Made by a program: the position numbers and the translations under genes. Shown here piece after piece: positions 1 to 9,009 of a DNA stretch of 16,531 nucleotides. How positions within the stretch are numbered: the first letter of the stretch is position 1; each line of letters begins with the position of its first letter. The DNA lies in assembly GCA_947501605.1 (NCBI GenBank), contig CANMWZ010000057.1, forward strand, positions 1-16,531, read 5' to 3'. Source of the stretch: Planctomycetota bacterium. GTDB taxonomy: Bacteria > Planctomycetota > UBA1135 > UBA2386. The notes below the pieces were generated by a model that was given only the letters and a program-made list of their open reading frames with translations, was not told the DNA's origin and made no database searches.

Positions 1-1
1 A

Positions 2-1129
2 ACGCGCCAGAGGACGGTTGCATTCGGCGGCCTCGCAAGCGCCGGCACCCTCGGCGACACATGGGAGTACAACGGCACCAACTGGACCAATGCCACCCCG
101 GCAAGCGCTAGCCCGTCGGCACGTCAGGGCCACACGATGTGCTTCGACCCGGCGCGCAATGTCACACTGCTCTTCGGCGGCCGTGATGCGATCGGAGCCA
201 CAGATGAGACCGGGGTGTGGAACGGCACGGCCTGGCAGCAACTGTCGCCGACCAATTCTCCGCCTCCGCGCGAAGGCGCGGGCATGGTCTTCGACCCGGC
301 ACGTCAGCGTGTCGTGCTCTTCGGCGGGTCCACCACCCTCTTCACTTCGAACTACTCTGACACGTGGGAATGGGATGGGACCAACTGGACCCAGAGCTCG
401 ATCATTCCTGCCAACAGCCGGTGGAATCCCGGCAGCCGCGAAGGCCAATCGATGGCCTATGACCCGCGCAGCGAGCGAGTCATCCTCTTCGGCGGCACGA
501 CGGCTGCGGGCCCGCAACAGGACGCATGGTCCTGGGACGGCACCGAATGGACGCGGCTTAGCGCGCAATCCGTCCCGATCCCCAGCGTTCGCGCGGGTTC
601 GCAACTGGTGTTCGACACCGTCGGCAACCGCATGCTCCTCTACGGTGGCGGCACGGACACCAGCTTCAACAACGACATGTGGGAACTCAGACCGCCGGTC
701 TTTGCGCGAGCGGAACCGTACGGGACGCCATGCATCGGTAGCCGCGGACCACTCGGCCTCCAGGTTGCGAACTACACGCTGCCGGTGATCGGGCAGACGT
801 TCCAGATGGAGATCACGAACATCCCCGTCTTTGCCCCAACCATCGGCTACTACGGATTCAGCAACACGCTGTTCAACGGCGTCCCGCTGCCGCTTGCCTT
901 GGACTTCGTCCAACTCTTCGGCTGCTTCGCCTACATGTCGGCAGATCGCAACGTGCTGCTGCCGGCGGCCAACAACGCAACCGGCATTGCGGTTTGGAAC
1001 CTGGCGATCCCGCTGGACCCGGTCTTCCTCTCGGTCCACGTCTATCTGCAGGCCCTGACCCTTGAGTTCGGTGGCACACGGCGAGGAACCCTGACCAACG
1101 GTATCGACGCCCGCATCGGCGACCGCTGA
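2..1129 (+). CDS. Kelch-repeat (beta-propeller) protein with C-terminal beta-rich domain, 5'-partial
   Basis: The frame of ORF 137..1129 is open back to position 2 (TRQRTVAFGG...DTWEYNGTNWT). Repeated kelch-like units: FDP-x-R-x2-VLFGG...DTWEWDGTNW. Stop TGA at 1127-1129. Confidence 0.85.
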   Translation, partial: TRQRTVAFGGLASAGTLGDTWEYNGTNWTNATPASASPSARQGHTMCFDPARNVTLLFGGRDAIGATDETGVWNGTAWQQLSPTNSPPPREGAGMVFDPARQRVVLFGGSTTLFTSNYSDTWEWDGTNWTQSSIIPANSRWNPGSREGQSMAYDPRSERVILFGGTTAAGPQQDAWSWDGTEWTRLSAQSVPIPSVRAGSQLVFDTVGNRMLLYGGGTDTSFNNDMWELRPPVFARAEPYGTPCIGSRGPLGLQVANYTLPVIGQTFQMEITNIPVFAPTIGYYGFSNTLFNGVPLPLALDFVQLFGCFAYMSADRNVLLPAANNATGIAVWNLAIPLDPVFLSVHVYLQALTLEFGGTRRGTLTNGIDARIGDR

Positions 1130-1619
1130 CCAGCAGTTCGCAGAAGTGCTTTCCCCACAAGTCGGCATGCGTGGCGGAGCAACCAAGACCGATGGCAAGG
1201 AGCGAGTTCGCAGCGGAATCTGTGGATTCCGTCGATAACTCGCGACGCAGCCATCGGCCTTCGGGGCCGGCCGAAGCCGCCGAGGTGTTGGGAAACCACT
1301 TCTAGCCTCAGCATCCAAGCATAGGACTCCGCGATCACGCGGAGCCCCTACTCGGATACCCAGAGCCTCCCCGTCCCCCACGCACGTCGGCGCCATAGCA
1401 ACTCCCACGGGGCTCTCGAACCACCCGCGAGCCGAGCGAGATGGTCGTCGTGGCTGTCCGAGTCGGACAGTTGGCGATCCCTCGAGCGCCGGAGACGGCC
1501 GGAGGGACGGACGGACGGAGGGCCGCTGTCGAGCCCGGCGTGTGGCGGACCTACGCAGCCACCCGCGGTATCGGCAGCTAAATCATCGACGCGCTGCAGG
1601 CCGCACATCGATGAGGTAG

Positions 1620-2006
1620 ACACCGCGCAGCAGTTCGGCCCAGGAGCGCGCCAGCTACCTGGAGAACGATGCCGACTACTCGGGGCCCGGCGCCGTGCTC
1701 TCCAGCTCGGTTCTCGTCGGCAGTGATTCGACGCAATGGATGACCGCACGGTGCGACGCGCGAGCTCCGTTCGGAGTCGAACTGAAGGGCATGCCACGGC
1801 ACGGGCTGTTCGGCCTCGGCTACCGTCGATGGCTTGGAAGCTCCCCGAAGGAACTCAACTTCACCGACTTCTATGAGCTGATGCTCGGGTTCGACTGGGA
1901 TGCCGACCCGGTGGTGCCGGCACTCGGCGTGGTGCGGTCCAGCGGTTCCTTGCTGCTCGGCGAAGACGTGAACGGCTGGACGGTCGGCTTCAGCGCCTCG
2001 TTCTGA
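1620..2006 (+). pseudogene. Probable remnant of an outer-membrane beta-barrel protein (solitary autotransporter-like barrel), C-terminal fragment
   Basis: Open frame from after TAG at 1617-1619 to TGA at 2004-2006. Ends in amphipathic strands FYELMLGFDWD...GSLLLGEDVNGWTVGFSASF with terminal Phe (BAM-type beta-signal). No signal peptide or convincing start, and too short for a barrel. Confidence 0.4.
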
Positions 2007-2077
2007 ACCGCATCACGGCAGTTAGGTGCCGCGTGGTCGATTGCGCCCCGCGAATTGTCCCGCCGTGTGCACAGGCC

Positions 2078-3700
2078 TCAGTGCCCGACGATCTGGTCGT
2101 GCAGCGACGCTGCCGTCTGCATGATCGTCGCTACGTCCGGCGCCCCGACCTTGGCCCATTGCAGCGTCGACTGCAGGTGGCCGGCGACAGCGGCGAAGTG
2201 CTTGTCGGTGATGCCGCGCCCGCGGTGCGCCGCGGTCATGTCTTTGCCCTTGTAAGCCTTGGGCCCGCCGAGTGCCGCCGTCAAGAACGCGACCTGGTGC
2301 TGCTTCTGCTTCTGTAGGTCGGTCTTGGCGAAGAGTGGCTTCAACAACGAGTCGGCGGTCACGCGGCGGTAGAACTCGTCGACCACTGCGTGCAAAGCGT
2401 TCTTGCCGCCGATGCGGTCATAGATGCTCGCTTTCGAAGGGGTATGCGTCGATCCGCTAGACGTTGTCGCTGGCCCCGACTTGGTGCCGCCGCGGATCTC
2501 GGCGAGGAAGCTCTCGACCGAGGAGTGCAGCATCTCCGCCTGCTCCGACAGGGCACTCGCAGCCTCGAGCATCTGGCTCGCCGCTGTGCTGGTCTCTTGT
2601 GCTGCGTGCGTCAAGGTCACGATGTTTCGGGCGACGTCTTGCGTGCCCGTCGCAGCCTGCTGCACGTTCTCACTGATCTCACCGGTCGCGAGGCGCTGCT
2701 GCTGCACGGCATTCGCGATCGACGAACTGATGTCGTTCATCTTCTGGATGGTCGCCGAGACCGACTGGATCACCGTGGCCGTTCCTTGCGACGCCGTCTG
2801 CATAGCCGAGATCTGGGTGCTGATCTCTTCGGTCGCTTTGCTCGTGTTCTGTGCCAGCGATTTGACCTCGCTGGCGACTACCGCGAAGCCCTTGCCCGCT
2901 TCGCCCGCGCGAGCAGCTTCGATGTTGGCGTTCAGCGCGAGCAACTGCGTCTGCCCGGCGATCTGCGCGATCAGCTTGAGCACCGAGCCGATGCGATGGC
3001 TGGCTTGAAGCATGTCGCGAACGCTCTGATCGGCGCGACCGGCGTGCTGCATGGCTTCGCCGGCGATCTTGGTGCTGTTCTCGGCTTCGCGACCGATCTC
3101 GGCGGCGCTGGCAGTCAGTTCTTCCGTCGCTGATGCGACGGTCTGCACGTTTGCCGAGGTCTGCTCCGAGGCGGCTGCCACACTGGTTGCGCGTTCGGTC
3201 GTGCCCTCGGCCGTGTGCGTCAGTGTTTGCGCTGTCGCCTGCATTTCGGTTGCGGAGCTGGCGACGGTCGCGACAACCCCCTGGATCTGGCGTTCGAAGT
3301 CGTCGGCGAGCTGCAGGCGTCGCTTCCCGGCATCGGCGATCGCCGCGCTAGCGGCCTGCATCTGCTCCGTGGCAGAGTTGATCTGCGTGGCGGCACTGCG
3401 GAATGTTCCAGGGAGCCCGCGCAGGATCACCCTGCGCCAGAAGTGTTGCTTGCTCGCGTGACTCAGCGCTGCGCACGATTCGCGGACGAATGCATCCGTG
3501 ATGTCGAGCATGCGGTTGATGGACACTGCGAGTTGCATGCAGTCCCCGTCGAGGTCGTCGAAGGCGATGCGCTCTTCCAGGTTGCCGTCGGCGGCAGCAT
3601 CGGCGGCGCGGATCGCGCGGCGCATCACGTCGCGGTAGCGAGCCAGTTCGTCGCCGGTATCGACGTGGATGGGGGCGATGTAGTCGGTGCTGGAGGTCAT
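2078..3700 (-). CDS. Soluble methyl-accepting chemotaxis protein (2x HAMP + MCP signalling domain) with C-terminal group I truncated haemoglobin
   Basis: Hairpin-tip motif [37 protein letters not shown]. No hydrophobic TM segment. N-terminal HAMP-like segments. C-terminal ~116 aa SIYDRIGG...VDEFY...PLF...[25 protein letters not shown]...HFAAV matches GlbN/trHbN. RBS AAGGA precedes the ATG. Confidence 0.92.
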   Translation of the reverse strand: MTSSTDYIAPIHVDTGDELARYRDVMRRAIRAADAAADGNLEERIAFDDLDGDCMQLAVSINRMLDITDAFVRESCAALSHASKQHFWRRVILRGLPGTFRSAATQINSATEQMQAASAAIADAGKRRLQLADDFERQIQGVVATVASSATEMQATAQTLTHTAEGTTERATSVAAASEQTSANVQTVASATEELTASAAEIGREAENSTKIAGEAMQHAGRADQSVRDMLQASHRIGSVLKLIAQIAGQTQLLALNANIEAARAGEAGKGFAVVASEVKSLAQNTSKATEEISTQISAMQTASQGTATVIQSVSATIQKMNDISSSIANAVQQQRLATGEISENVQQAATGTQDVARNIVTLTHAAQETSTAASQMLEAASALSEQAEMLHSSVESFLAEIRGGTKSGPATTSSGSTHTPSKASIYDRIGGKNALHAVVDEFYRRVTADSLLKPLFAKTDLQKQKQHQVAFLTAALGGPKAYKGKDMTAAHRGRGITDKHFAAVAGHLQSTLQWAKVGAPDVATIMQTAASLHDQIVGH

Positions 3701-3716
3701 GGATGGAGTCCTTCGA

Positions 3717-4235
3717 TCAAACGCGGAACGCGAACTCGCCGTAGGTCATCGAGGCCTTCTCGAGCATCGTCACCAACTCGCGGGTCGCCGCGGCGATGCC
3801 GTCTCTCTTGCTCTCGTGCCGTAGTTCTTCGCGCAGGAGCTGCTCGTAGATGGGTTGGATGCGCTGCACGGCAGCTCGATCCGGAGACCTCCGGTTGCTG
3901 TGAAAGCCGATGATGTCGCCCCTCGGGCCGAACGTCGGGGTCACGTGCGCGAAGACCCAGTAATGGTCGCCGTTCTTCGCGAGATTGACCACATAGGCAA
4001 AGATCTCGTCGCCGCGCTGGATCGTGTCCCAGAGCAACTGGAAGACTGACCGCGGCATGTCCGGGTGCCGGATCATGCTGTGTGGCTGCCCGATCACCTC
4101 GCTGGCGCGATACCCCGCGATCTTCAGGAAGACGTCGTTGGCATAGGTGATGCGGCCCTTCTGGTCCGTCTTGCTGACGATGATCTCCTCGTCTCCGAAG
4201 GTGATTTCTCGGCCCGATGGCGTGATGCGAGTCAT
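3717..4235 (-). CDS. Stand-alone Aer/CetB-like FAD-binding PAS domain protein
   Basis: IVSKTD-x2-[20 protein letters not shown]3-F-x2-LW and [19 protein letters not shown] are Aer PAS signatures. No TM or MCP domain. Ends 16 bp upstream of the MCP gene, consistent with an operon. Confidence 0.9.
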   Translation of the reverse strand: MTRITPSGREITFGDEEIIVSKTDQKGRITYANDVFLKIAGYRASEVIGQPHSMIRHPDMPRSVFQLLWDTIQRGDEIFAYVVNLAKNGDHYWVFAHVTPTFGPRGDIIGFHSNRRSPDRAAVQRIQPIYEQLLREELRHESKRDGIAAATRELVTMLEKASMTYGEFAFRV

Positions 4236-4402
4236 GAGTCCCGTTGCTCGTGGAAGTGGTCGCTGTCAGTTTCGACGTACGACCACCACCGAGTGCATCA
4301 GTCGTGGTTCGAAGGCACGGGGGGGCACTTAGCCCAGGGAGCGAGCCATCGAGCTGGCATCGATGTGAGTCGCTCCGGCGTCGCGTGCAGGCACACGCAT
4401 GG

Positions 4403-5188
4403 TCACTTAGCCGCCGGATGGCCGATCAAAAACGTCACGGGCGCGCGCAAGCCCTGCGCAGCCGTCTCGCCCACTTCCCACTCATAGCCACGGCCCGCCA
4501 ACTCTTCAGTAAACGCCTTCAGTTCCGCGACGGTGTAACTGCGTAAGACCGAGACGACGCCGTCAAGCATGACGATGAGCGGGACGATGGGCAGGAGGTA
4601 TGTCCAGAGCAAGCGCTTCCAACGAAATGGCCTGATGAACGGCGTGACGAACCAGACGATCAAGGGCGTGAGCAGCATTCCCAATACGGCGCTGGGTCGT
4701 CGTTGCGTACCCTCAAATATGCCGATGCCGCTGCGGCTCGCTACGGCATCGCGCAAAAGCGCTCGCGCCTCGCTCGGTTGGAAGTGATGAAACGAAGTGA
4801 ATAGCGTCCGAAAGCCGGTGAGTTCCGGCGGGACGCTCAAGGCATTGACCGATTGCGCGTAGCTCTTGAGCCTGTCGCCAACGGGATCGGAAGAGAGGCG
4901 TTCGTTTGTGGCTACATTGGGATGCAAGTCCGTAAGGCAGATTGCCACTGTGGGGTGGCGCGCTGCGAGCGTCGATTTCAGCCGCAGCCAAGGGCCTCCG
5001 CCGCCTGAGCACAGGTCAACGATGCGCGTAGCTCCGGCGCGCGCGATCGCGTCGTTGAGGCGTTCGGCGATGGGTTCATACGCATTGGCGGCGTTGATGA
5101 CGTATTGCAGGTAATCGGTGGCGCAATCACGAATGACGGCGGGACACCAAGACTGTTCGTGAATCTCGATTAGGTGTAGGCGGCGCAT
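4403..5188 (-). CDS. Class I SAM-dependent methyltransferase
   Basis: Motif I IVDLCSGGGGP, LTDL-x-PN and FTSFHHF. Start moved to ATG 5188 (MRRLHLIEIHEQSWCP) because the longer ORF's N-terminal extension looks spurious. Confidence 0.8.
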   Translation of the reverse strand: MRRLHLIEIHEQSWCPAVIRDCATDYLQYVINAANAYEPIAERLNDAIARAGATRIVDLCSGGGGPWLRLKSTLAARHPTVAICLTDLHPNVATNERLSSDPVGDRLKSYAQSVNALSVPPELTGFRTLFTSFHHFQPSEARALLRDAVASRSGIGIFEGTQRRPSAVLGMLLTPLIVWFVTPFIRPFRWKRLLWTYLLPIVPLIVMLDGVVSVLRSYTVAELKAFTEELAGRGYEWEVGETAAQGLRAPVTFLIGHPAAK

Positions 5189-5571
5189 CGTAATGTCTGG
5201 TTGAACCCATACCGGCTTTGGTGGAAGGCGATGCCGCCGCACGCCACTGCATTCTGCGTGGTTTTGCATGAGCATCGGGCAGATGCGGCAGCAACGCAAT
5301 GGCACCCGTGCAGCTCTGGTTTGCCAAACATCTGGCATCCAGGACGTTCATGGACCTTTCTTGAGCGCCGCATGAAGCATCTTGAGGAAACGTGAAAAGC
5401 TCACGGATGCTTGCTGAAACCGCACGCCGTTCATGGCTCGGCACAACGTTGGATCGCCGATCCACCCTACGCACAAGGCGCTCGCCCAACTTGATTGAGG
5501 GGATGGGCTGCGTGCAACCCGAGTTGACAAACTACGGCGAGCGCAGGCGAGATGCGTTCTTCAACGGGCGG

Positions 5572-6102
5572 CTAACCCTGCTCCCGCACCACGCGCAGAT
5601 ACGCCCGCCACGGCCCGACCGCTTCGCGATACTCCCGGGCCATCACCCTCGCGATCTGGGTCACGTGCGTGAGGTCATGCACAACCCACGTCGCGAGATG
5701 TTGCCCGAGCGTCACGAGGCCAAACTCCGGATGCCGACCACCACGCGCGAGGTCGTTGGGTCCGAAGTTCAGCGCCGCAAGCTCCGCCAGGCTCTCACGC
5801 CGCCTGAGGGCGAATTCGTCGAGCATCTGGTCGACCGTTCGCGTCTCGCGGCACTGCTGCGAGAGGCGATCGAACGGCGGGAAGGGTCGTTTCTCCCCGT
5901 GCTCGAGCAGGTGGCGCACGCGGGGCAGCCAATCGTGCACTTCGCCTTCGATCAGGTGACCGAGGACCTCGACGGCATTCCACGTCTCCGGCCCGTCATC
6001 GCAATGGAGCCAGCGGTTTGGAAGGCCGCGCAGCCACGCGTCGAGGATGGCTGGCGTTCGCGCTAGCAGGGTCGGACCATCGCTGAGATCGAAGTCGTTC
6101 AT
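5572..6102 (-). CDS. DinB/YfiT-like four-helix-bundle protein
   Basis: LARTP-x-IL start, W-x3-EVLGHLIEGE, GRHPEFG-x-VTL-x-Q and WVVHDLTH-x2-QI metal-binding His motifs. Confidence 0.85.
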   Translation of the reverse strand: MNDFDLSDGPTLLARTPAILDAWLRGLPNRWLHCDDGPETWNAVEVLGHLIEGEVHDWLPRVRHLLEHGEKRPFPPFDRLSQQCRETRTVDQMLDEFALRRRESLAELAALNFGPNDLARGGRHPEFGLVTLGQHLATWVVHDLTHVTQIARVMAREYREAVGPWRAYLRVVREQG

Positions 6103-6296
6103 GTGGCGGGCGAGCGGCCGTCGCAGCAGTGTGCCGATGGACCCTGCGCAGGGGAACGTGTCAGGGCCGATTGACCTTCGCGTCGTTCGCTGCTCCTGTG
6201 TCTCTGCATCCGGTTTGGCCGCCGCGACTCACTCGACCCGCGAGTCGGCGAGGAGACTGGGCCAAGCGTTACCCAAGGGAGCGAGGAATTCGCAGC

Positions 6297-8963
6297 ATGT
6301 CGACCCAGAAAAGTGCCAACGAAGCGCAGCCGGGCTATCACGCGGCCGCGGGGGGTGCGCACCGCGGTTGGTTGCTTGCGGCGCTTGTGCTCGCAGCGGC
6401 AGCCGTCGCTTTTTGGGTCCTTGCCTCGACTGGGGAGCCGGAGATCGGACTTGGCGACACGCCGACGCGGCAGGATGTCACGAATGCCGCGATCGCCGCC
6501 GACGCGGTGTTCGACAGGACCGAGGAGGGGACGCAGAAGCGCACCGAAGAAGCCGCCATCGCGAGCAAAGAACCAGCAACGGTTCGCCCGCTGGACCCTT
6601 CGAACCCACCGCGCGAACACGTCGTCATCCGCGTCGTCGACGGGCGCACGCTGGCGCCGGTGTCGGGTGCGACGGTGGCTGCTGACCCAGATGGTACGTC
6701 GCGCTCGCAGAAGCGCTTGCTCCTGGAGCAGAGCCTGCAGAGCGCGTTCGAAGTGAACCTTCGGGCTGGGCAGGTCGCGACCACGGACGCAGAGGGCTAC
6801 GTCTCCTTCAAGCTCCACGACCGCGCCGACGTGGGTGCCGCCAAGGGCGATCTCTTCGTCGCGACCGAGGTCGACTTCGACCACTCGGGCCCCGAAGGCG
6901 TGGTGTTGGAGCTACAGCCGGTCCGCCTACTCACCATCGCGGTCGTCGAGCCTGATGGTGCGCCGTGTGTCGGTGTGCCACTCGGGCTGCAGGCCATCTT
7001 TGCCCGCGGGGAGATGTCGCAGCAGTCGTCGGCGACGGCGATCGGCCGATCTGGCGAGGACGGCACCTTGGTTGTTCGGCTGGATGAGTTCCTTCGCAAG
7101 GGTGCGCCGCCGCGTTCGATGCGGGTCTACTGCACGGCTCCGGGTCTCACGGTCGCGCGCGTGCCGGTCGCGAGCGATCAGCGTACGGTGACGATGACGC
7201 TGCCCGCGCATGCCCGCGTGATCGTGCGCGCGGTCGACGAGCGCAGCCAGCCTTTGGCTGACCAACCGACGTGGTATGCGCAGGTGCACGAGCGCCGCGA
7301 TGGCGCGGAAACCGGCAATGAGGAGCACCGCATTGACGGCTACGCCTTCGGTGCGGGCCAGGGTGGCGAGGTCGTGTTTCCGTATGTTGGGCTCGGTCTC
7401 GATCTCAACCGATTTTGCAACACGTCGAACATCTCCTTCAACGAGACCGGTCCGGGGCCGACGCAATCTGGCCAAGAGGTTGTCTATACGTTTTCGCTCG
7501 CGGCGCAGCGGCACTTCTCATTGAAGGCGCGCCTGCTCGACCCGGACGGGACGCCGTTAGCCGACGCAAGGGTGATAGTCGCCAATCGCAGTGGCAGCAG
7601 CTGGCATGAGAACACTGACGCGGAAGGGCGGTTTGGACTCTACATCGGCCACGAGGACGACACTCCCACGACGATGGCGATGCAGCTCGCGGTTTCGCAC
7701 GACGACGAGCTGCCGCATTGGTTCGAGCCGTTTTCACTGAGCGTCAACCAGCCGTGCGACCTTGGTGACATTCGGGTCGAACCCGCGGTCGTGATAGCGC
7801 GCGGCAAGGTTGTGCACGACGGCTCCATGCCGCCTGGGCTCCACATGGAAGTGCAGGAGTACCACGACGACGACTGGCAGAGAGTGAGCAACTACAAGGT
7901 TCAGAGGACAGCGGACGACGCGTTTGTCGTGGTGCGCCTGTTCCCTCAGGTCAACCACCGCTTGCGTCTGGTGGCCGGTGCTCCGGGTTACCTGCAGGTG
8001 CCGCCGATCGACTTTGTTCCCGGCCGGGACGATCTGCTCGTCGAGCTTCGCCGCGGCACTTTCGTGTCAGCGCGGTTGCAGCTCGATTCTTCGGTCGTGT
8101 GGTTTGTCGAAGACTCCGGGCTCGACCTACTGTTCCGCCGCGAAGACGGCAATCAACAGTATGTGCGCGGTCTGATGCAGAAGGGCGAATGGGTGTTCGA
8201 CACCAACGCGTTGGTGCCGGGCATCTACAGCATCGCAGTGGAGTCCGGCAGCGCGACCGACGACCTCGCGCATATCGAGGCCGTGCGCATCATGCCCGGC
8301 GAACCGACGGACCCGCGGTTGCAGCCGTGGGACCTGCGCAGCACGATCCAGCTGATGACGATTCGCGCCCGCTCCGCCGAGGGTCGCTCGCTCGACGTCC
8401 GCGGCGAGGTCAACCGTCGCCGACGAATCGATGGCGAATGGGAAGGCAGCGGGTCCTTCGACAATGGCGTCGCGCAGTTCTTGACCACAGCCGAACCAGT
8501 TGATTTGTGTGTGCAAATCGAAGGCTACGGTCCGTTTTTGCTGACCAACGTGCAGGGCACGGTGGATCTGGTGCTGCCGCAGCCCGTGACCGTGCGCATC
8601 CAGGTCGACGACCTGCCGCCCATCAAGGACGAAGCGCGATTCCACGCGGACCTCGTCACCGTCGAAGGCTGGGCGCGTTCGCGCGGGCTGATGGAAGACT
8701 CCTCGGCCGTGATCGACTGCGAGTGGGACGCAACCACGAGGATCTGCAGCGCCACGGTCGTTGCTGGTGCGGCGGCGACGATGCGGTTCGTGCGCTACGT
8801 GCAGGTCAACGGCGAGGACCAAGAAGAGGTGCTCGGGCAGGTGCCGCTCTTGTTTTCGGATGGGAAGAGCGAAGTGCACGTGAGCGTGCCAGCGTCGGTG
8901 CGCGCGACGCTTTTGCCGTGGTTCGGGCCGTCGGTGCCGCCGCCGGTCGATATTGGGCGGTGA
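6297..8963 (+). CDS. Large membrane-anchored protein with multiple carboxypeptidase-regulatory-like (transthyretin/Ig-fold) domains
   Basis: ATG 6297 after GAGGA. N-terminal TM WLLAALVLAAAAVAFWVLA. Recurrent motifs IRVVDGRTLAPVSGATV, IAVVEPDGAPCVGVPL, VRAVDERSQPLAD, ARLLDPDGTPLADARV and TDAEG-x-F. Confidence 0.75.
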   Translation: MSTQKSANEAQPGYHAAAGGAHRGWLLAALVLAAAAVAFWVLASTGEPEIGLGDTPTRQDVTNAAIAADAVFDRTEEGTQKRTEEAAIASKEPATVRPLDPSNPPREHVVIRVVDGRTLAPVSGATVAADPDGTSRSQKRLLLEQSLQSAFEVNLRAGQVATTDAEGYVSFKLHDRADVGAAKGDLFVATEVDFDHSGPEGVVLELQPVRLLTIAVVEPDGAPCVGVPLGLQAIFARGEMSQQSSATAIGRSGEDGTLVVRLDEFLRKGAPPRSMRVYCTAPGLTVARVPVASDQRTVTMTLPAHARVIVRAVDERSQPLADQPTWYAQVHERRDGAETGNEEHRIDGYAFGAGQGGEVVFPYVGLGLDLNRFCNTSNISFNETGPGPTQSGQEVVYTFSLAAQRHFSLKARLLDPDGTPLADARVIVANRSGSSWHENTDAEGRFGLYIGHEDDTPTTMAMQLAVSHDDELPHWFEPFSLSVNQPCDLGDIRVEPAVVIARGKVVHDGSMPPGLHMEVQEYHDDDWQRVSNYKVQRTADDAFVVVRLFPQVNHRLRLVAGAPGYLQVPPIDFVPGRDDLLVELRRGTFVSARLQLDSSVVWFVEDSGLDLLFRREDGNQQYVRGLMQKGEWVFDTNALVPGIYSIAVESGSATDDLAHIEAVRIMPGEPTDPRLQPWDLRSTIQLMTIRARSAEGRSLDVRGEVNRRRRIDGEWEGSGSFDNGVAQFLTTAEPVDLCVQIEGYGPFLLTNVQGTVDLVLPQPVTVRIQVDDLPPIKDEARFHADLVTVEGWARSRGLMEDSSAVIDCEWDATTRICSATVVAGAAATMRFVRYVQVNGEDQEEVLGQVPLLFSDGKSEVHVSVPASVRATLLPWFGPSVPPPVDIGR

Positions 8964-9009
8964 AGGGGAGCGCGAACCGCGCGCTAGGCTGTGGCAACAT
9001 GTGTGGACC

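Noticed and set aside
1255..1312. Riboswitch-like fragments (GCCGAAG, GGGAA, CTCAG)
   Set aside because: There is no complete glycine or cobalamin aptamer pattern and no suitable downstream gene.
2081..2110. His near the globin C-terminus (SLHDQIV) as the cyanoglobin haem cross-linking His
   Set aside because: By manual alignment it is one residue off the GlbN His117 position, so it is not supported.
5300..5315. Sigma-54-like TGGCAC-CCGTG-CAGCT on the plus strand
   Set aside because: The -12 box is imperfect and it points toward the convergent dinB end with no credible gene or terminator.
5189..5571. Small ORFs in the methyltransferase-dinB gap
   Set aside because: They have no recognisable motifs, RBS or typical codon bias.
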